Of a stretch of 64,000 nt of DNA, positions 1-9,533 are shown piece after piece (the first letter of the stretch is position 1; each line of letters opens with the position of its first letter). Below the pieces are notes generated by a model. The model ran no database searches, had not been told where the DNA came from, and was given only the letters and a program-made list of their open reading frames with translations. Source of the stretch: a virus (lineage: Duplodnaviria > Caudoviricetes). The translations under genes and the position numbers were made by a program. The stretch lies in the IMG/VR virus record IMGVR_UViG_2830161386_000001, positions 1 to 64,000 of that record, one strand, 5' to 3'.

Positions 1-1
1 T

Positions 2-2182
2 TCATTGGCGCTTGGTGTTGTTGTTTGAGTACTGAGATGAGTACGGCGAGTGCTCGCTTTCGAGATAGAGGCGGACGAGGCGCTTTTGGCTTTCGCTGGC
101 CCCGGAGTAGCTGTGAATCGTCACCGGGGACAGCGCCTCCTCCAACGTCTCGATCCGCTCCTTTGCGTCTGCGACCTTTTTTGGAAGCGTTACCTCCAGG
201 TCCATCGCCTCGTTGTAAAGGTCGTCTTCGACGTCCGACCGGCTGTGGGAGTAGGAGGAAATCGAGACCGAATTGGTCAAGAACGTCTCTTTCATGAGCT
301 GCACGTCGCTCTCTACGTCCGGCACGTCCATCTCGTCAATGACGGTCGTGGACGTGTACATCGGCGGGGCCTCCCGCTCCGAAAGCGCAATCTCCCGCAG
401 GAGGTCTTCTATTACATCGGCGTCTTCGACGTGCGTCCAGGTATCCGGGAGTTGCCCTGCCCGAGACTTCGCGACGCGGGCGACGACAAAATCCTCTTCG
501 CGCCCGGTCACCTCGGCGGCCACCCCCAGGCGCTTCAGCGCCGACAGGTCTGCCTGGTGGCCGTACACGGCCGTTTTCTCTTCCCCGATTGTCTCCAGCT
601 CGCGGGGAAGCCGCTGGCGCCGGTCGAGGGTGCCCTCCTCGATTTCGTAGTAGAGAACCTTCTCTCCCGCTTCGGGGATGGAGACGTCCTCCTTTACGTC
701 AACCTCGCTGTAAAGGGGAAGCGGGCCGCCGGACCGGAAGTCCTCAAGCATCGCCTCAATTCCATTGGCCAGGGCCACCCCCTCTGTCTGGGAGGGCACG
801 ATCCGGATGATGTAGTCCCGGTTGTGCTTCTCAAAGAGCGTGGCGTTGACCGCCGCGTCGTTGTCCGCGTCTCCGAAATACACGTAATCGGCGCTTTCTT
901 TGAGCGCCCGCTGAACCCGGTCTTCCGTGGCTTTCTTGCGGGTGGTCTTGTACCCGCCGGAGTGATTCTTCGACCGGGTCACTTTCTCGTGCTGAAGGAA
1001 CTCCGAGAACGGATTTGTGGTGAAGTGCACCTCAAAATCCGTAATCGTGCTTCTGTTAATCGTCGGCGCGAAGCTTACCTTCGGCTCCGAGAGGTCCGTC
1101 CGGTACGGGTCTTCTGCCGCCTGTGCCAGCTTTTGGACCCGGAAGTACCGCTCGACCGGCGGCGTCGCGGCGACCGAGCGGAGCGCCCCGGAGAAGAAGT
1201 GGTCCCGCGCATCGTCCCGCACCTCCGAGAGGGCCTTTTCTAGGGTTTTCTGGGTCTTCTCGGTGGTTTTGATGTTTTCCCGGGCCCCGTCCAGGTCGAT
1301 GCTCCCGATTGGGAGAAGAAGCGTCATGTGGGTCGGCAGGTCGTAGTCCTCAAAGTGGACGAAGTCCTTCGGCACCTGGTACAAAACGCCTCCGACCGAC
1401 ACGCTGCGCATGGCAGGGCGCTGCCCTATGGCTCCGCCATGTAGGTGGTAGTAGACGTTTTTCGGGGCGGGGTCGTAGTGAAACCGCGTAATCAAGGACC
1501 CGAAGTGCCCGCTGTCTTTGATTTCGTTTTTGCTAAACAGAGAGAGGTCTCGGCCCTCGGCCCGCACTGGCATCACGTGGGGCATGTAGTACATCGATTC
1601 TCGAATAATCGAGTAGACGTCGTCTTCGGTCTTGCCGTTTAGCGGAATGTGGACCTCCGTCCCGTTTGGCTGGGCGGTCTGGGCGTTTACTTCCGTTTTG
1701 TAGAAGCGGTCGCCCTCTTCGTGCTTCTTTGCGATGCGGACGTTCTTGAGGCCGCCGTGCACCGTTTTGACGGCAAACCGGTCGGCGTGGGCAAACGGCA
1801 CCTTCGCGCCGTTTCCGTAGCCGCCGATCATCCGGTTATCCTCGTCTTTCGTCGAGCGGTGGTACACCGGAAACACGTTGTCGAGCTTGTGCTTGCTCAT
1901 GCCGGTGCCGTGGTCTTTGATCACGACCGCCCGCTCCCCCAGCTCCGAGGAGCGCCCGACCCGGATGTCAACTGCCTTTTTCGTTCCGTCGTCCAGGTGG
2001 GCGTCCACCGCGTTGCATAAGGTCTCCCGGATCGCGGACTCAAAGGCGCGGGAGTAGATCGCGTCTTGGATGAAGCGCTGTTGCTTGGCAAGAGATTCTG
2101 GGCTGTCCCCCGCTTTGAACTGCTCGAAGTCGTGGTGCTCGATCGAATGGTCGCGGTTGTATTCTTTTGGTTTGTCTTTCAT
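2..2182 (-). CDS. rIIA-like protein with N-terminal GHKL (HATPase_c/Hsp90-like) ATPase
   Basis: GHKL motifs IRETLCNAVDAH, IKDHGTGMS, STK...IGGYGNGAK and NGTEV; size and layout match phage rIIA-like proteins. Confidence 0.75.
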   Translation of the reverse strand: MKDKPKEYNRDHSIEHHDFEQFKAGDSPESLAKQQRFIQDAIYSRAFESAIRETLCNAVDAHLDDGTKKAVDIRVGRSSELGERAVVIKDHGTGMSKHKLDNVFPVYHRSTKDEDNRMIGGYGNGAKVPFAHADRFAVKTVHGGLKNVRIAKKHEEGDRFYKTEVNAQTAQPNGTEVHIPLNGKTEDDVYSIIRESMYYMPHVMPVRAEGRDLSLFSKNEIKDSGHFGSLITRFHYDPAPKNVYYHLHGGAIGQRPAMRSVSVGGVLYQVPKDFVHFEDYDLPTHMTLLLPIGSIDLDGARENIKTTEKTQKTLEKALSEVRDDARDHFFSGALRSVAATPPVERYFRVQKLAQAAEDPYRTDLSEPKVSFAPTINRSTITDFEVHFTTNPFSEFLQHEKVTRSKNHSGGYKTTRKKATEDRVQRALKESADYVYFGDADNDAAVNATLFEKHNRDYIIRIVPSQTEGVALANGIEAMLEDFRSGGPLPLYSEVDVKEDVSIPEAGEKVLYYEIEEGTLDRRQRLPRELETIGEEKTAVYGHQADLSALKRLGVAAEVTGREEDFVVARVAKSRAGQLPDTWTHVEDADVIEDLLREIALSEREAPPMYTSTTVIDEMDVPDVESDVQLMKETFLTNSVSISSYSHSRSDVEDDLYNEAMDLEVTLPKKVADAKERIETLEEALSPVTIHSYSGASESQKRLVRLYLESEHSPYSSQYSNNNTKRQ

Positions 2183-2210
2183 ATCGGTCTTGAGTCTGGA
2201 GAGTAAGAAT

Positions 2211-2261
2211 AAAAAAAGACAAGAGGCCCGCAGCTCGCGCCACGGGCCCCTTGTCTATTTT
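2211..2261 (-). terminator. intrinsic terminator
   Basis: Stem AGACAAGAGGCCCG/CGGGCCCCTTGTCT next to an A7 run, which is a U-tract on the minus strand. Confidence 0.6.
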
Positions 2262-2264
2262 AGG

Positions 2265-2525
2265 TTATCGCTGCCCGATCCCGACACCAATCCAGAACTC
2301 TCTCTCTATCTCCTCAAGCGTGTCCTGGAGAAAGAAGTCTCGGATCTGTTCTTTGAGGTTATTCCAAGACTTCTGTTGTTCTTGTCGGGACTGTTTCGCA
2401 GTTTCCGCTCCTAGTTCGCGAGCGTCCTTTTTGACGTCTTGAGGACGCGCGCTCAGCGTCAAGTCAGCATAAGTCCCTGACTCGTCAACATCGAGATTCG
2501 GATCCGGCCTGCTAGTGACTATCAT
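2265..2525 (-). CDS. hypothetical protein (86 aa)
   Basis: ORF lies between a conserved upstream motif and a terminator. Confidence 0.6.
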   Translation of the reverse strand: MIVTSRPDPNLDVDESGTYADLTLSARPQDVKKDARELGAETAKQSRQEQQKSWNNLKEQIRDFFLQDTLEEIEREFWIGVGIGQR

Positions 2526-2585
2526 AGTCGTTCAGGTTTTTGGTGGAGAGTATAAAAAAGACAAGTTATGCCCCTCGTCTACTTC

Positions 2586-2614
2586 TATGGTGCGCATTTG
2601 GCCGCTATTTTTGC
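2586..2614 (-). promoter_or_regulatory. conserved 29-bp promoter-like motif, copy 1
   Basis: Minus strand reads GCAA-aaatagcggccaaatgc-GCACCATA; the same layout occurs at 4 intergenic sites. Confidence 0.7.
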
Positions 2615-2650
2615 GCCAAATGGCCTGATCCGGTTGGCCACCAGGAGGCA

Positions 2651-3766
2651 TCAGTGGCGGGCGTAGAGGTCGTCGATTACGGCCTTGAACTCCTTCTCCG
2701 GGAGGGGCGGGTCGTTGGACTGATTCCAGTGGTGAAGAAGCGGGAGCGCCGCGTCTTTCGGCACGTTCCAGGTGCCGGCGAGCTTCCCGACCAGGTGGCA
2801 AAGCGCGTCCCGCCGCCCGGCGATGTCCATGATGCTCTGCCCCTCTTCCATGCCGCCGACCAGGACCTTTTTGGTTTTCTCCGCGTCGACGGCAAAGCGG
2901 CCGAACCCCGGCTTGTCCAGTCCGGCCAGGTCCCCAGACGTAAGGGGCGCCCCGCCGCTCACGTCGCCGTAAACGCTCGACTCCCGGCGAAACTTCAGGC
3001 CCTCGCCCCCGATGCGCTCCCGGATGGTGTCCCCGAGGCCTTCGGTCCGGCGGTTCGGGTTTGGGTCCGGGCGGTACGGCGGGCGCCACTCCCCGGCCGC
3101 CTCCTGAACGCGCTCGGCCGCTTTACCGGGCGGCCCGTTCATCAGCTCCTCCTCCCGCACCGGAATCTTCCAGAGCTGGGAGTCTTGGTGCACGGTGCAG
3201 GGCATCCGGAGCATGTGGAGGCGGGAAAACACCCCGAGGTCCACGTGGTCGCTCGTGACGGCGGGGCCGCTTCCCTCGGTGTCGATCTCGCGGATCACGC
3301 CGGTGCCGACAAAAAGCTCCGCGACCAGCTCGAAAAGCACGTCGTGAAACCGCTCATGCGGCTGAAACGCCCCGAAGTGCTCGGTTGGAATCAAGAGATG
3401 AAAGCCCCGCCGGCCGCTGTAATACACCGCGAGATCCTCGTAGCTGAGGCCCCACTTTTCCTTCAGGGCCGCGATGGCCGAGCGGGCCGTCTCGACGCCC
3501 TTGCCAAGCTCCTCCCGGCTCGGGCCGTCGATTTCGAGGGGGATGTAGTCGGCGTACGCCGGCCCCCGGTAGCCTTTGACGCTATGGCCGTTTTCCTCCC
3601 AGTACGTCTCGATTTGAGAGTCGTACCGGAAAATTGAGATGTGCACGTTTTCCGGGCGGCGGGGGAGCCGCTCCATTTCTTGTTCGATTAGCTTCACGGG
3701 GACGAGCGTCCGGGCCCGCTGGCCGACGGCGCGGAACTCGACCCAGTGAAAGTCGGGATGAAGCAT
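2651..3766 (-). CDS. archaeo-eukaryotic-type primase/polymerase (AEP) with PriCT-like C-terminus
   Basis: Motifs DYIPLEID, YYSGRRGFHL and LRMPCTVH; C-terminal WNQSNDPPLPEKE. Confidence 0.8.
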   Translation of the reverse strand: MLHPDFHWVEFRAVGQRARTLVPVKLIEQEMERLPRRPENVHISIFRYDSQIETYWEENGHSVKGYRGPAYADYIPLEIDGPSREELGKGVETARSAIAALKEKWGLSYEDLAVYYSGRRGFHLLIPTEHFGAFQPHERFHDVLFELVAELFVGTGVIREIDTEGSGPAVTSDHVDLGVFSRLHMLRMPCTVHQDSQLWKIPVREEELMNGPPGKAAERVQEAAGEWRPPYRPDPNPNRRTEGLGDTIRERIGGEGLKFRRESSVYGDVSGGAPLTSGDLAGLDKPGFGRFAVDAEKTKKVLVGGMEEGQSIMDIAGRRDALCHLVGKLAGTWNVPKDAALPLLHHWNQSNDPPLPEKEFKAVIDDLYARH

Positions 3767-3811
3767 TCATCTGTATAGTAGGTTGGTTCTGAAGGGGATG
3801 AACAGGCGGAG

Positions 3812-4303
3812 CTAATCCGCCTGGCTGTGCTCCCGGACCGACGAGAGAAGCCGGCGGAGCGTCCCGGCCCGAAACACGACAAGGTCGCTGTCGGGCTTGT
3901 AGTCCTCCCGGATGATTTGCCCGTGGACGACCTCGTCGGGGGCCCACTGGTTGCCGACCGTGTGGCGGGAGCTGCGCTGAACCTCCGGGCTGATCGGCTC
4001 CAGTTGGAGCATCCGCATGACATGCGGCTTGAGCCAAAGCACCGCGTAGTCGGTGCCTTCCTTTTCGTCGGTGATGAGGGAGGCGCTCGACGCGTCGGGC
4101 GGGTACAGATACGAGGGCACGTCCGCCGGGCGCTTGAGCTGGAAGTGAAGCACGCCGTGGACCACGAGGTCCACCTCTTCGTCCAGCCCTCGGCTGCGCC
4201 CGTCGGAGCCCCAGGTCCGCTCCGCTTCGACGCTTGCGGTGCCGAGCTTATCGACCACCTCTCGCTCGTAGTCTTTTCCCTTTCGGGCACTTGGATGGCT
4301 CAT
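3812..4303 (-). CDS. Holliday junction resolvase-like PD-(D/E)xK nuclease
   Basis: N-terminal RKGKDYEREV followed by DLVV...QLKR, the Hjc-like pattern. Confidence 0.6.
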   Translation of the reverse strand: MSHPSARKGKDYEREVVDKLGTASVEAERTWGSDGRSRGLDEEVDLVVHGVLHFQLKRPADVPSYLYPPDASSASLITDEKEGTDYAVLWLKPHVMRMLQLEPISPEVQRSSRHTVGNQWAPDEVVHGQIIREDYKPDSDLVVFRAGTLRRLLSSVREHSQAD

Positions 4304-4327
4304 AGAGAAATAGGGATTAACTAGCGG

Positions 4328-4645
4328 CTACGCCGTCTGGTAGGCGCCGACCGCAACGTCGTCTATTGTAGCGAAAACGTTCGTTTGGCGGACCATCCGT
4401 AGCGTCTCGCCCGCGCCCGGAAAGTCCCGGCCCGATCCGCCGTGGAAGAGCACGCGGTCCCCTTCTTCGAGCTGCATGTCTCGGGACCGCCCTTTGTATC
4501 CGGAGCCGGCGGAGAGGACCGTACCGGTGACACAGGTATTTTTTGCTTCGCCGGGGATGTAAAGCCCTTCATCCGTCTGGTCGGGGTCTTTGTCCTGGTC
4601 GATGAGCACATAGTTCTGAATAGGCCGAAAGTCAGAAACGTCCAT
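4328..4645 (-). CDS. groES: co-chaperonin GroES/Cpn10 family
   Basis: 105 aa; FRPIQNYVLI...TDEGLYIP...GTVLSAGSG...EEGDRVLF. Confidence 0.85.
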   Translation of the reverse strand: MDVSDFRPIQNYVLIDQDKDPDQTDEGLYIPGEAKNTCVTGTVLSAGSGYKGRSRDMQLEEGDRVLFHGGSGRDFPGAGETLRMVRQTNVFATIDDVAVGAYQTA

Positions 4646-4756
4646 TGCAATAACGGGGGTTAAAATGGGTGGGGGCAGGCGGGCCCTACTCCGCCTGCGA
4701 GCCCCGTTTGGACAAGGTTTCCAGGGTTTCCGAAAGAATGGGCCTCGCCCCAGCTG

Positions 4757-4772
4757 AGTCCCAGCTGGGACT
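4757..4772. repeat. dispersed 16-bp palindrome AGTCCCAGCTGGGACT, copy 1
   Basis: Exact palindrome, intergenic. Confidence 0.95.
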
Positions 4773-4796
4773 GGCGCCCGTTGGCGCCCAGCGGGC

Positions 4797-5945
4797 CTAG
4801 AAGTCGATCAAGACCGTTCCGTCGGCGCGCTCGTAGAAGGTCACCTTCTTGGAGCCGAGCTTCTCGATGCCCTGGTGGCTGTCGTCGTCCAGCACCTCAC
4901 GGGCCATGTCGGTCCCCTGCTCCAGCTTGGTCTGGATCTGGCCGAGGTTCTCGGCGGCCTTCTCCGAGTTCTGGGCATTGACCATGATGGCCGGCCCGTT
5001 GATGGCCCGGTCGTTCAGCTCCTCGGTGATGGTGCTGTCCTTCTCGTCCTTGAACTTCTGAATCTCCTCCTTGAAGTCCTCGGAGAGCATGTTCAGGGAC
5101 TTCTTCATCAGCTCCATCGCCTGGGCGGAGTCGATCTTGCCCTGGTCGTAAATGCCCGCGACCTTCTCGACGTCGGTGAAGTTGAGCTTGTTGCGGAGGC
5201 TGTTCCGCTGGCGGGTCTCCTCCTCCAGAACGTTTCCGTTTTCGTCGGTCACCTCAACCTTCTCCAGGTCGGTCTCCTCGTAGAAGCGGTCGTCGAACTC
5301 CTCCTCGCCGATCGGAAACTCGTCCATAAACGAGCCGACCCGCTTGTAGCGGTAGGCCGCCGAGCGGCTGATATTCTCCACCTCGTTGGAGCGGAAGAAC
5401 GACGAGAAGTTCTCGTAGCCGTACAGCTCCCACATCTCCTCCTCGACCACCTCGGTAATGAGGTCGGACTGGTCAAACCCAATCGCGCTTCGGGTCTGCT
5501 CCATAACCTCAATCTGGTCGATGATGTTGGAGGCCCGGAGAATCGTCTCCTCCGATGCGTTTGGCGAGGCCTTCTGCGCCTTCTGCATCAGCTCCTTCGA
5601 GCGGCTTTCCTGCACCTGCACCTGCGGCCGGTTGTCCTCGGTGCTGTCGGTGCCGGTCTCCTCCTCGCTCGTCTGCCCGGTGAACTCCTCAAGCAGCTGC
5701 TCGCCTTCGGACTTCTCCTCGCCCGAGCTTCCGTTCTCGCTTGAGCCCTCGCTTGAGGGATCGCTTGAAGGATCGTCCCCCTCGAAAATCTCCTCCGGGG
5801 GCGTAACGCCTGGGTCGCCGGCGTCCTCCTCCGGGCTGCCGCCCGTGGCGCCGTCGCCACCGGGGGCGTCGCCAGAGGCCGACTCCTCCTCGGCGCCGCT
5901 GTCCAGATCCAAAATGTCGCGAATGTCTTCCTCAGAAGTACCCAT
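4797..5945 (-). CDS. acidic protein with possible central helix-turn-helix
   Basis: Disordered acidic N-terminus; YGYENFSSFF...ISRSAAYRYKRV resembles DUF3102-like HTH segments. Confidence 0.55.
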   Translation of the reverse strand: MGTSEEDIRDILDLDSGAEEESASGDAPGGDGATGGSPEEDAGDPGVTPPEEIFEGDDPSSDPSSEGSSENGSSGEEKSEGEQLLEEFTGQTSEEETGTDSTEDNRPQVQVQESRSKELMQKAQKASPNASEETILRASNIIDQIEVMEQTRSAIGFDQSDLITEVVEEEMWELYGYENFSSFFRSNEVENISRSAAYRYKRVGSFMDEFPIGEEEFDDRFYEETDLEKVEVTDENGNVLEEETRQRNSLRNKLNFTDVEKVAGIYDQGKIDSAQAMELMKKSLNMLSEDFKEEIQKFKDEKDSTITEELNDRAINGPAIMVNAQNSEKAAENLGQIQTKLEQGTDMAREVLDDDSHQGIEKLGSKKVTFYERADGTVLIDF

Positions 5946-6019
5946 AGTGAAAGGGTGGTTTGCCTATCAAAGAGATAAAGAAGGAACCCAAAACGGGCGT
6001 CGTCATTGTCAAGAGCGCA

Positions 6020-6248
6020 GCTTCCGGCGGGCTTTCGCCGGAGCCGTCTGCCAGAGGCCGGGCCGGGCCTTTCAGCGCCGACCGTCCTCGCTTGCGGCGC
6101 GTTTTTCGGCAAGGCCAGGCCGTTAGGTTGCGAGGCGCCTACGCATAAGGGACGGCCCCTGGCAGTCGTCGGCTGCGGTTGTGTAAGGGCTGCCGCATGC
6201 CAACCTTGGCGCCCGGCAGGCAAACGCCTGCCTGGGCGTCTTTTTTTT
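6020..6248. ncRNA. candidate structured RNA / multi-hairpin element
   Basis: Nested stems 6048-6060/6153-6165 and 6061-6071/6111-6121, plus hairpins at about 6020-6044 and 6208-6240 followed by T8. Confidence 0.35.
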
Positions 6249-6284
6249 GCTTAAAGGCGCGAGGCGATTTGTAAAGTACAAGGC

Positions 6285-7748
6285 TTACACGTTGAAAATG
6301 TCTTCGGCATCTTCGGCCGACCCGGTCTCAACCTCGTCGTCCTCGGAGGGGCCCCGGCCTGCGCCGGCGAGCATCGCGTCTCCGGCCTCGCTTTCCTCCG
6401 GCTCCTGGTCGACGAATTGCATCGTCGGGCCGTGGAAGTACTTTTCGAAGGTCCCCTCCTTGCCCTCCCGGTTTTTGTCGAGGCCGATTACCGCCCATCC
6501 TTCCCGGATGCCCATGCTCCGAAGCTCGTCGACGGACATGTGCGGGTTTCGCATGTCGGGGCGGTCGATGGTGATGGCCCGGTCGAAGTCCTGCTCCAAC
6601 TGGCCGGTACCCTTCGCGTCCTTGATGCGGGGCGGCCGGTTTTGGTCTACGCAGTTCCGGTTGACCTGCGAGAGCAGAAACACCGGCGACTCGCAGTCGA
6701 GTGTAAGGTCCTTGATCAGGCTGGAGGCCTCCTCCATCTGCTCTCTCTGGACCACCTTTCCGAAGCTCTGAAAGTTGTCGATAAAGACAGAGAGGTGGTC
6801 GTTTTCGGCTGCTGCGTCGCGGGTCGTGTTTGCGCGGATGATCTGGCAGACCTGTCGCGGGGTCATCGATCCGGTGTAGATGCGGAGCTCCCCCTCCCAC
6901 CCGGCGACCCGCTCTGCCGCGCTCCGGACCGCCTGTTTCTCCTCCCCGCCGATCTCGTCGGGGTCTCGCATGACGCGTTTGACCGTCTGGTACGGCACGC
7001 CGGAGATCTGCGACACGATGCGGTAGGTCATTCGCTGCTCGCTCATCTCCATCGAGAACACGTCGATGTGGCCCTCCGGGTAGATGAGCTTCTGCCCGAC
7101 GATCATCTGGACCATAAACGAGGTTTTCCCCCACTTCGGCCGGGCCAAGATGCCGACCAGGTCCGTGTCCATCACCCCGTCGATCAGATTATCCAGCTCC
7201 GGCATGCCGGTTTTCAGGTTGCCCGGCATGTAGCCGACCTGCTTCCCGTCGAGGCGGTCTAGCATCGAGACGGCGACGTTTGAGGCTCGGGCCGGCTCCG
7301 CGATGGAGTGGCGCTCGGCCATCGCGTCGGTCATCTCTTTCTGGATGGAGTCGAGGTCCGCTTCCGGGTCTTCGATCATGCTTTTGACCCGTGGCAGAAG
7401 CGCCCGCAGGTCCCGCCTGTTTTTCAGGCCGAGCAACTCCTCGGCCCAGCCCTCGACGTTTCCCGCATGCTCTTGGAGCTGAACGATCCGGGCCAGGCGC
7501 TCTTTGGCCGTGTCTTTCGTAAGGTAGCCCCGCTGAGAGACGTGGCTCATAAGCGAGGTCGGGTCCGGTGCCGGGCCGTTTTCCGCCGCATACATGTCGA
7601 GGATGCCCTTCCAAAGCTGGCGGTTTGTATCCTCGTCCATCAGATCCGGATCGTCGCACACCGACACGGCCTCCGGGATGGACTCCGGGTTGTGCAAAAG
7701 GGCAGAAAGAAGGCTTTCTTCGATGTCGTGCTTGCTTAGAGTAGCCAT
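6285..7748 (-). CDS. dnaB: replicative DNA helicase DnaB family
   Basis: IEESLLSALL N-terminal domain; Walker A ARPKWGKT; FSMEMS; LLSQVNR; GQLEQD; KNREG. Confidence 0.93.
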   Translation of the reverse strand: MATLSKHDIEESLLSALLHNPESIPEAVSVCDDPDLMDEDTNRQLWKGILDMYAAENGPAPDPTSLMSHVSQRGYLTKDTAKERLARIVQLQEHAGNVEGWAEELLGLKNRRDLRALLPRVKSMIEDPEADLDSIQKEMTDAMAERHSIAEPARASNVAVSMLDRLDGKQVGYMPGNLKTGMPELDNLIDGVMDTDLVGILARPKWGKTSFMVQMIVGQKLIYPEGHIDVFSMEMSEQRMTYRIVSQISGVPYQTVKRVMRDPDEIGGEEKQAVRSAAERVAGWEGELRIYTGSMTPRQVCQIIRANTTRDAAAENDHLSVFIDNFQSFGKVVQREQMEEASSLIKDLTLDCESPVFLLSQVNRNCVDQNRPPRIKDAKGTGQLEQDFDRAITIDRPDMRNPHMSVDELRSMGIREGWAVIGLDKNREGKEGTFEKYFHGPTMQFVDQEPEESEAGDAMLAGAGRGPSEDDEVETGSAEDAEDIFNV

Positions 7749-7802
7749 AAAAGATGGTCAGTAGTAAAGGTAGAGAAAGCGATTTGGGTGTTTCCCGAGG
7801 CG

Positions 7803-8642
7803 CTACGCGCCGCTGTCGGAGGTTTTCTCGTAGGCCTTGCGGGCCTGCCGGTGGGACGGGCCGGTCATTTTCTTGACGCAACTGGGCGGCTCTAGAATCC
7901 GGGTCACCGCAGGGGTGCCCAGCCGCTCCGGGTCCATAAGCTCTTCCGGCGTTAGGTTGGCGCTCATCATCAAAATGCCCCGGTTCCGGTACACCGAGTC
8001 GACGATTTCGAAGATGTACTCCCGGATGTCGTTGGAGAAGCACATCTCGTTTATGTCCTGCAAGATGAGGACATCCGGCTCCTTCATCGCCTCGATAATT
8101 TGCTGGACGGTGCCGATTTCCTGGTCGTGCGGCTCCGAGTAGGTCGCCCAGACCCGCGTCACAAGGCTGGTCATGTGCCAGGACGAGGCGGTAAGGCCGG
8201 CGCCGATGAGCTTGCGGGTCGCGGCGGCCAGAAGGTGGGTTTTGCCCAGCCCGTTGGGGCCAAACAAAAACACCGTCCCTTCCTTCTCCCGCTTCATGTC
8301 TTGGGTAAAGCGCTGTAGGCTGGACTTTGCGTCCTGAATCGTCTCGATATCCTCCTCCGTTACGGCCGGGCCGGAGCCGCCTTTTGCCTCCCGGATCTTC
8401 CGGGCAATCCGCCGGAAGTACTCTGGGTCGGTCCGGAAGGTCGAGAAGGTCGCGTCCCGAAACTTCTTGCCAAAGAGGCTTTCGATTCGGTCTTCGACGC
8501 TGACGTCGCTGGAGCTGGCCCGGAGGCGCTTTGCCTCCTGGTGGTGGCTCAAGCAGAAAAAGAGGCGCCGCTTTTCGCCGTCCTTGTTGACAATAAGCGG
8601 ATAGTCCCCCGGTTCTGAGCAGTTCGGGTGTTGACACTCCAT
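7803..8642 (-). CDS. DnaC/IstB-like AAA+ helicase loader with N-terminal Cys/His cluster
   Basis: ATFSTF; Walker A GPNGLGKTHL; Walker B LILQDI; SANL; adjacent to dnaB. Confidence 0.85.
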   Translation of the reverse strand: MECQHPNCSEPGDYPLIVNKDGEKRRLFFCLSHHQEAKRLRASSSDVSVEDRIESLFGKKFRDATFSTFRTDPEYFRRIARKIREAKGGSGPAVTEEDIETIQDAKSSLQRFTQDMKREKEGTVFLFGPNGLGKTHLLAAATRKLIGAGLTASSWHMTSLVTRVWATYSEPHDQEIGTVQQIIEAMKEPDVLILQDINEMCFSNDIREYIFEIVDSVYRNRGILMMSANLTPEELMDPERLGTPAVTRILEPPSCVKKMTGPSHRQARKAYEKTSDSGA

Positions 8643-8704
8643 AGGGCGTGGGGTCGGTCGGTGAGCAGGTTGCGAAAAGGGCCTTTGCGGGCTAAGGAGG
8701 GCAC

Positions 8705-9400
8705 TTAGTACACCGCCGTTCGCTGGTTGGCGTCGCTGGCGGGGTCGACCTCGCCTTTGAGGGCCGCAATTAGGTATTTTCTGTACACCCGCCGCCGCTT
8801 TTTCCAGTCCCCTTGGCGGAGCTTCTCGAACCCGTCGTGGCGGTAGATGTCCAGCACGGTGCCGATTACCGTCTCTGCCCCGTACGTCCCTTTTAGCTTG
8901 CCGATAAAGCCGTAGTCCCAGGTCTTGGCCCAGTACCGGACCTGGTGGCCCGCGTCGACAACGGCCCCCTGGTCGGTAGAGAGCTGCTTCCGCTTTTCTT
9001 TTACGGCCACCTCCAGCGCCTTCGCGACCTTGAGGGCCGAGAAGATGCGCTCCTGCTCCGGAAAGTCGTAGCTCTCGAAGTCGGGGTGGACCCCGGAGAT
9101 GTCTTGCTCCAGCTTCTCGACGATGTTTTCGACGCGCTTTTTGGACTTTTGAGGCGGGGAGAGCGGGTAGAGGGCCTCTCGGGACGGCATCGCCCCCTTT
9201 TCGATCAGGGTGTCTAGCGCCTCTTCGTAGGCGTCCTCACGGATTTGCTTTCCGTAGAGGCGGTAGTACATCTTGCGAATTGTGCCGTGGCCCTCTCGGA
9301 GCGCGCCGCTTGGGGCGGCGCTTTGCATGAGGGCCACGTACACCGCAAGCGTCTCTAGGTCGATGTCTTGAAAGGTTAAAAGCGAAGTCCATGCGGTCAT
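8705..9400 (-). CDS. hypothetical protein, possible replication initiator
   Basis: ATG at 9400; directly upstream of the dnaC-dnaB pair. The function is inferred from position only. Confidence 0.5.
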   Translation of the reverse strand: MTAWTSLLTFQDIDLETLAVYVALMQSAAPSGALREGHGTIRKMYYRLYGKQIREDAYEEALDTLIEKGAMPSREALYPLSPPQKSKKRVENIVEKLEQDISGVHPDFESYDFPEQERIFSALKVAKALEVAVKEKRKQLSTDQGAVVDAGHQVRYWAKTWDYGFIGKLKGTYGAETVIGTVLDIYRHDGFEKLRQGDWKKRRRVYRKYLIAALKGEVDPASDANQRTAVY

Positions 9401-9425
9401 TTGACGTTTTGATTTGTGTAAACTG

Positions 9426-9481
9426 AAAAAGAAGCCCGGCCCAGGGGCGAAGCGCAAGGCGCGCCCCCAGGCCTGCTTCTT
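9426..9481 (-). terminator. putative terminator hairpin
   Basis: Long imperfect stem AAGAAGC...GCTTCTT with an adjacent A-run, downstream of the SSB-like gene. Confidence 0.4.
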
Positions 9482-9533
9482 GCTATCTGCCTGCGGCGGC
9501 AAACCCGCTTGAAGCAGGAGCTAAAAGCGCCGC

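Noticed and set aside
6007-6012. TTGACA on the minus strand as a sigma-70 -35 box
   Set aside because: There is no plausible -10 hexamer at 16-18 nt spacing.
7803-8642. IS21 IstB transposition helper
   Set aside because: No IstA transposase or terminal repeats are present. Adjacency to dnaB supports a helicase loader.
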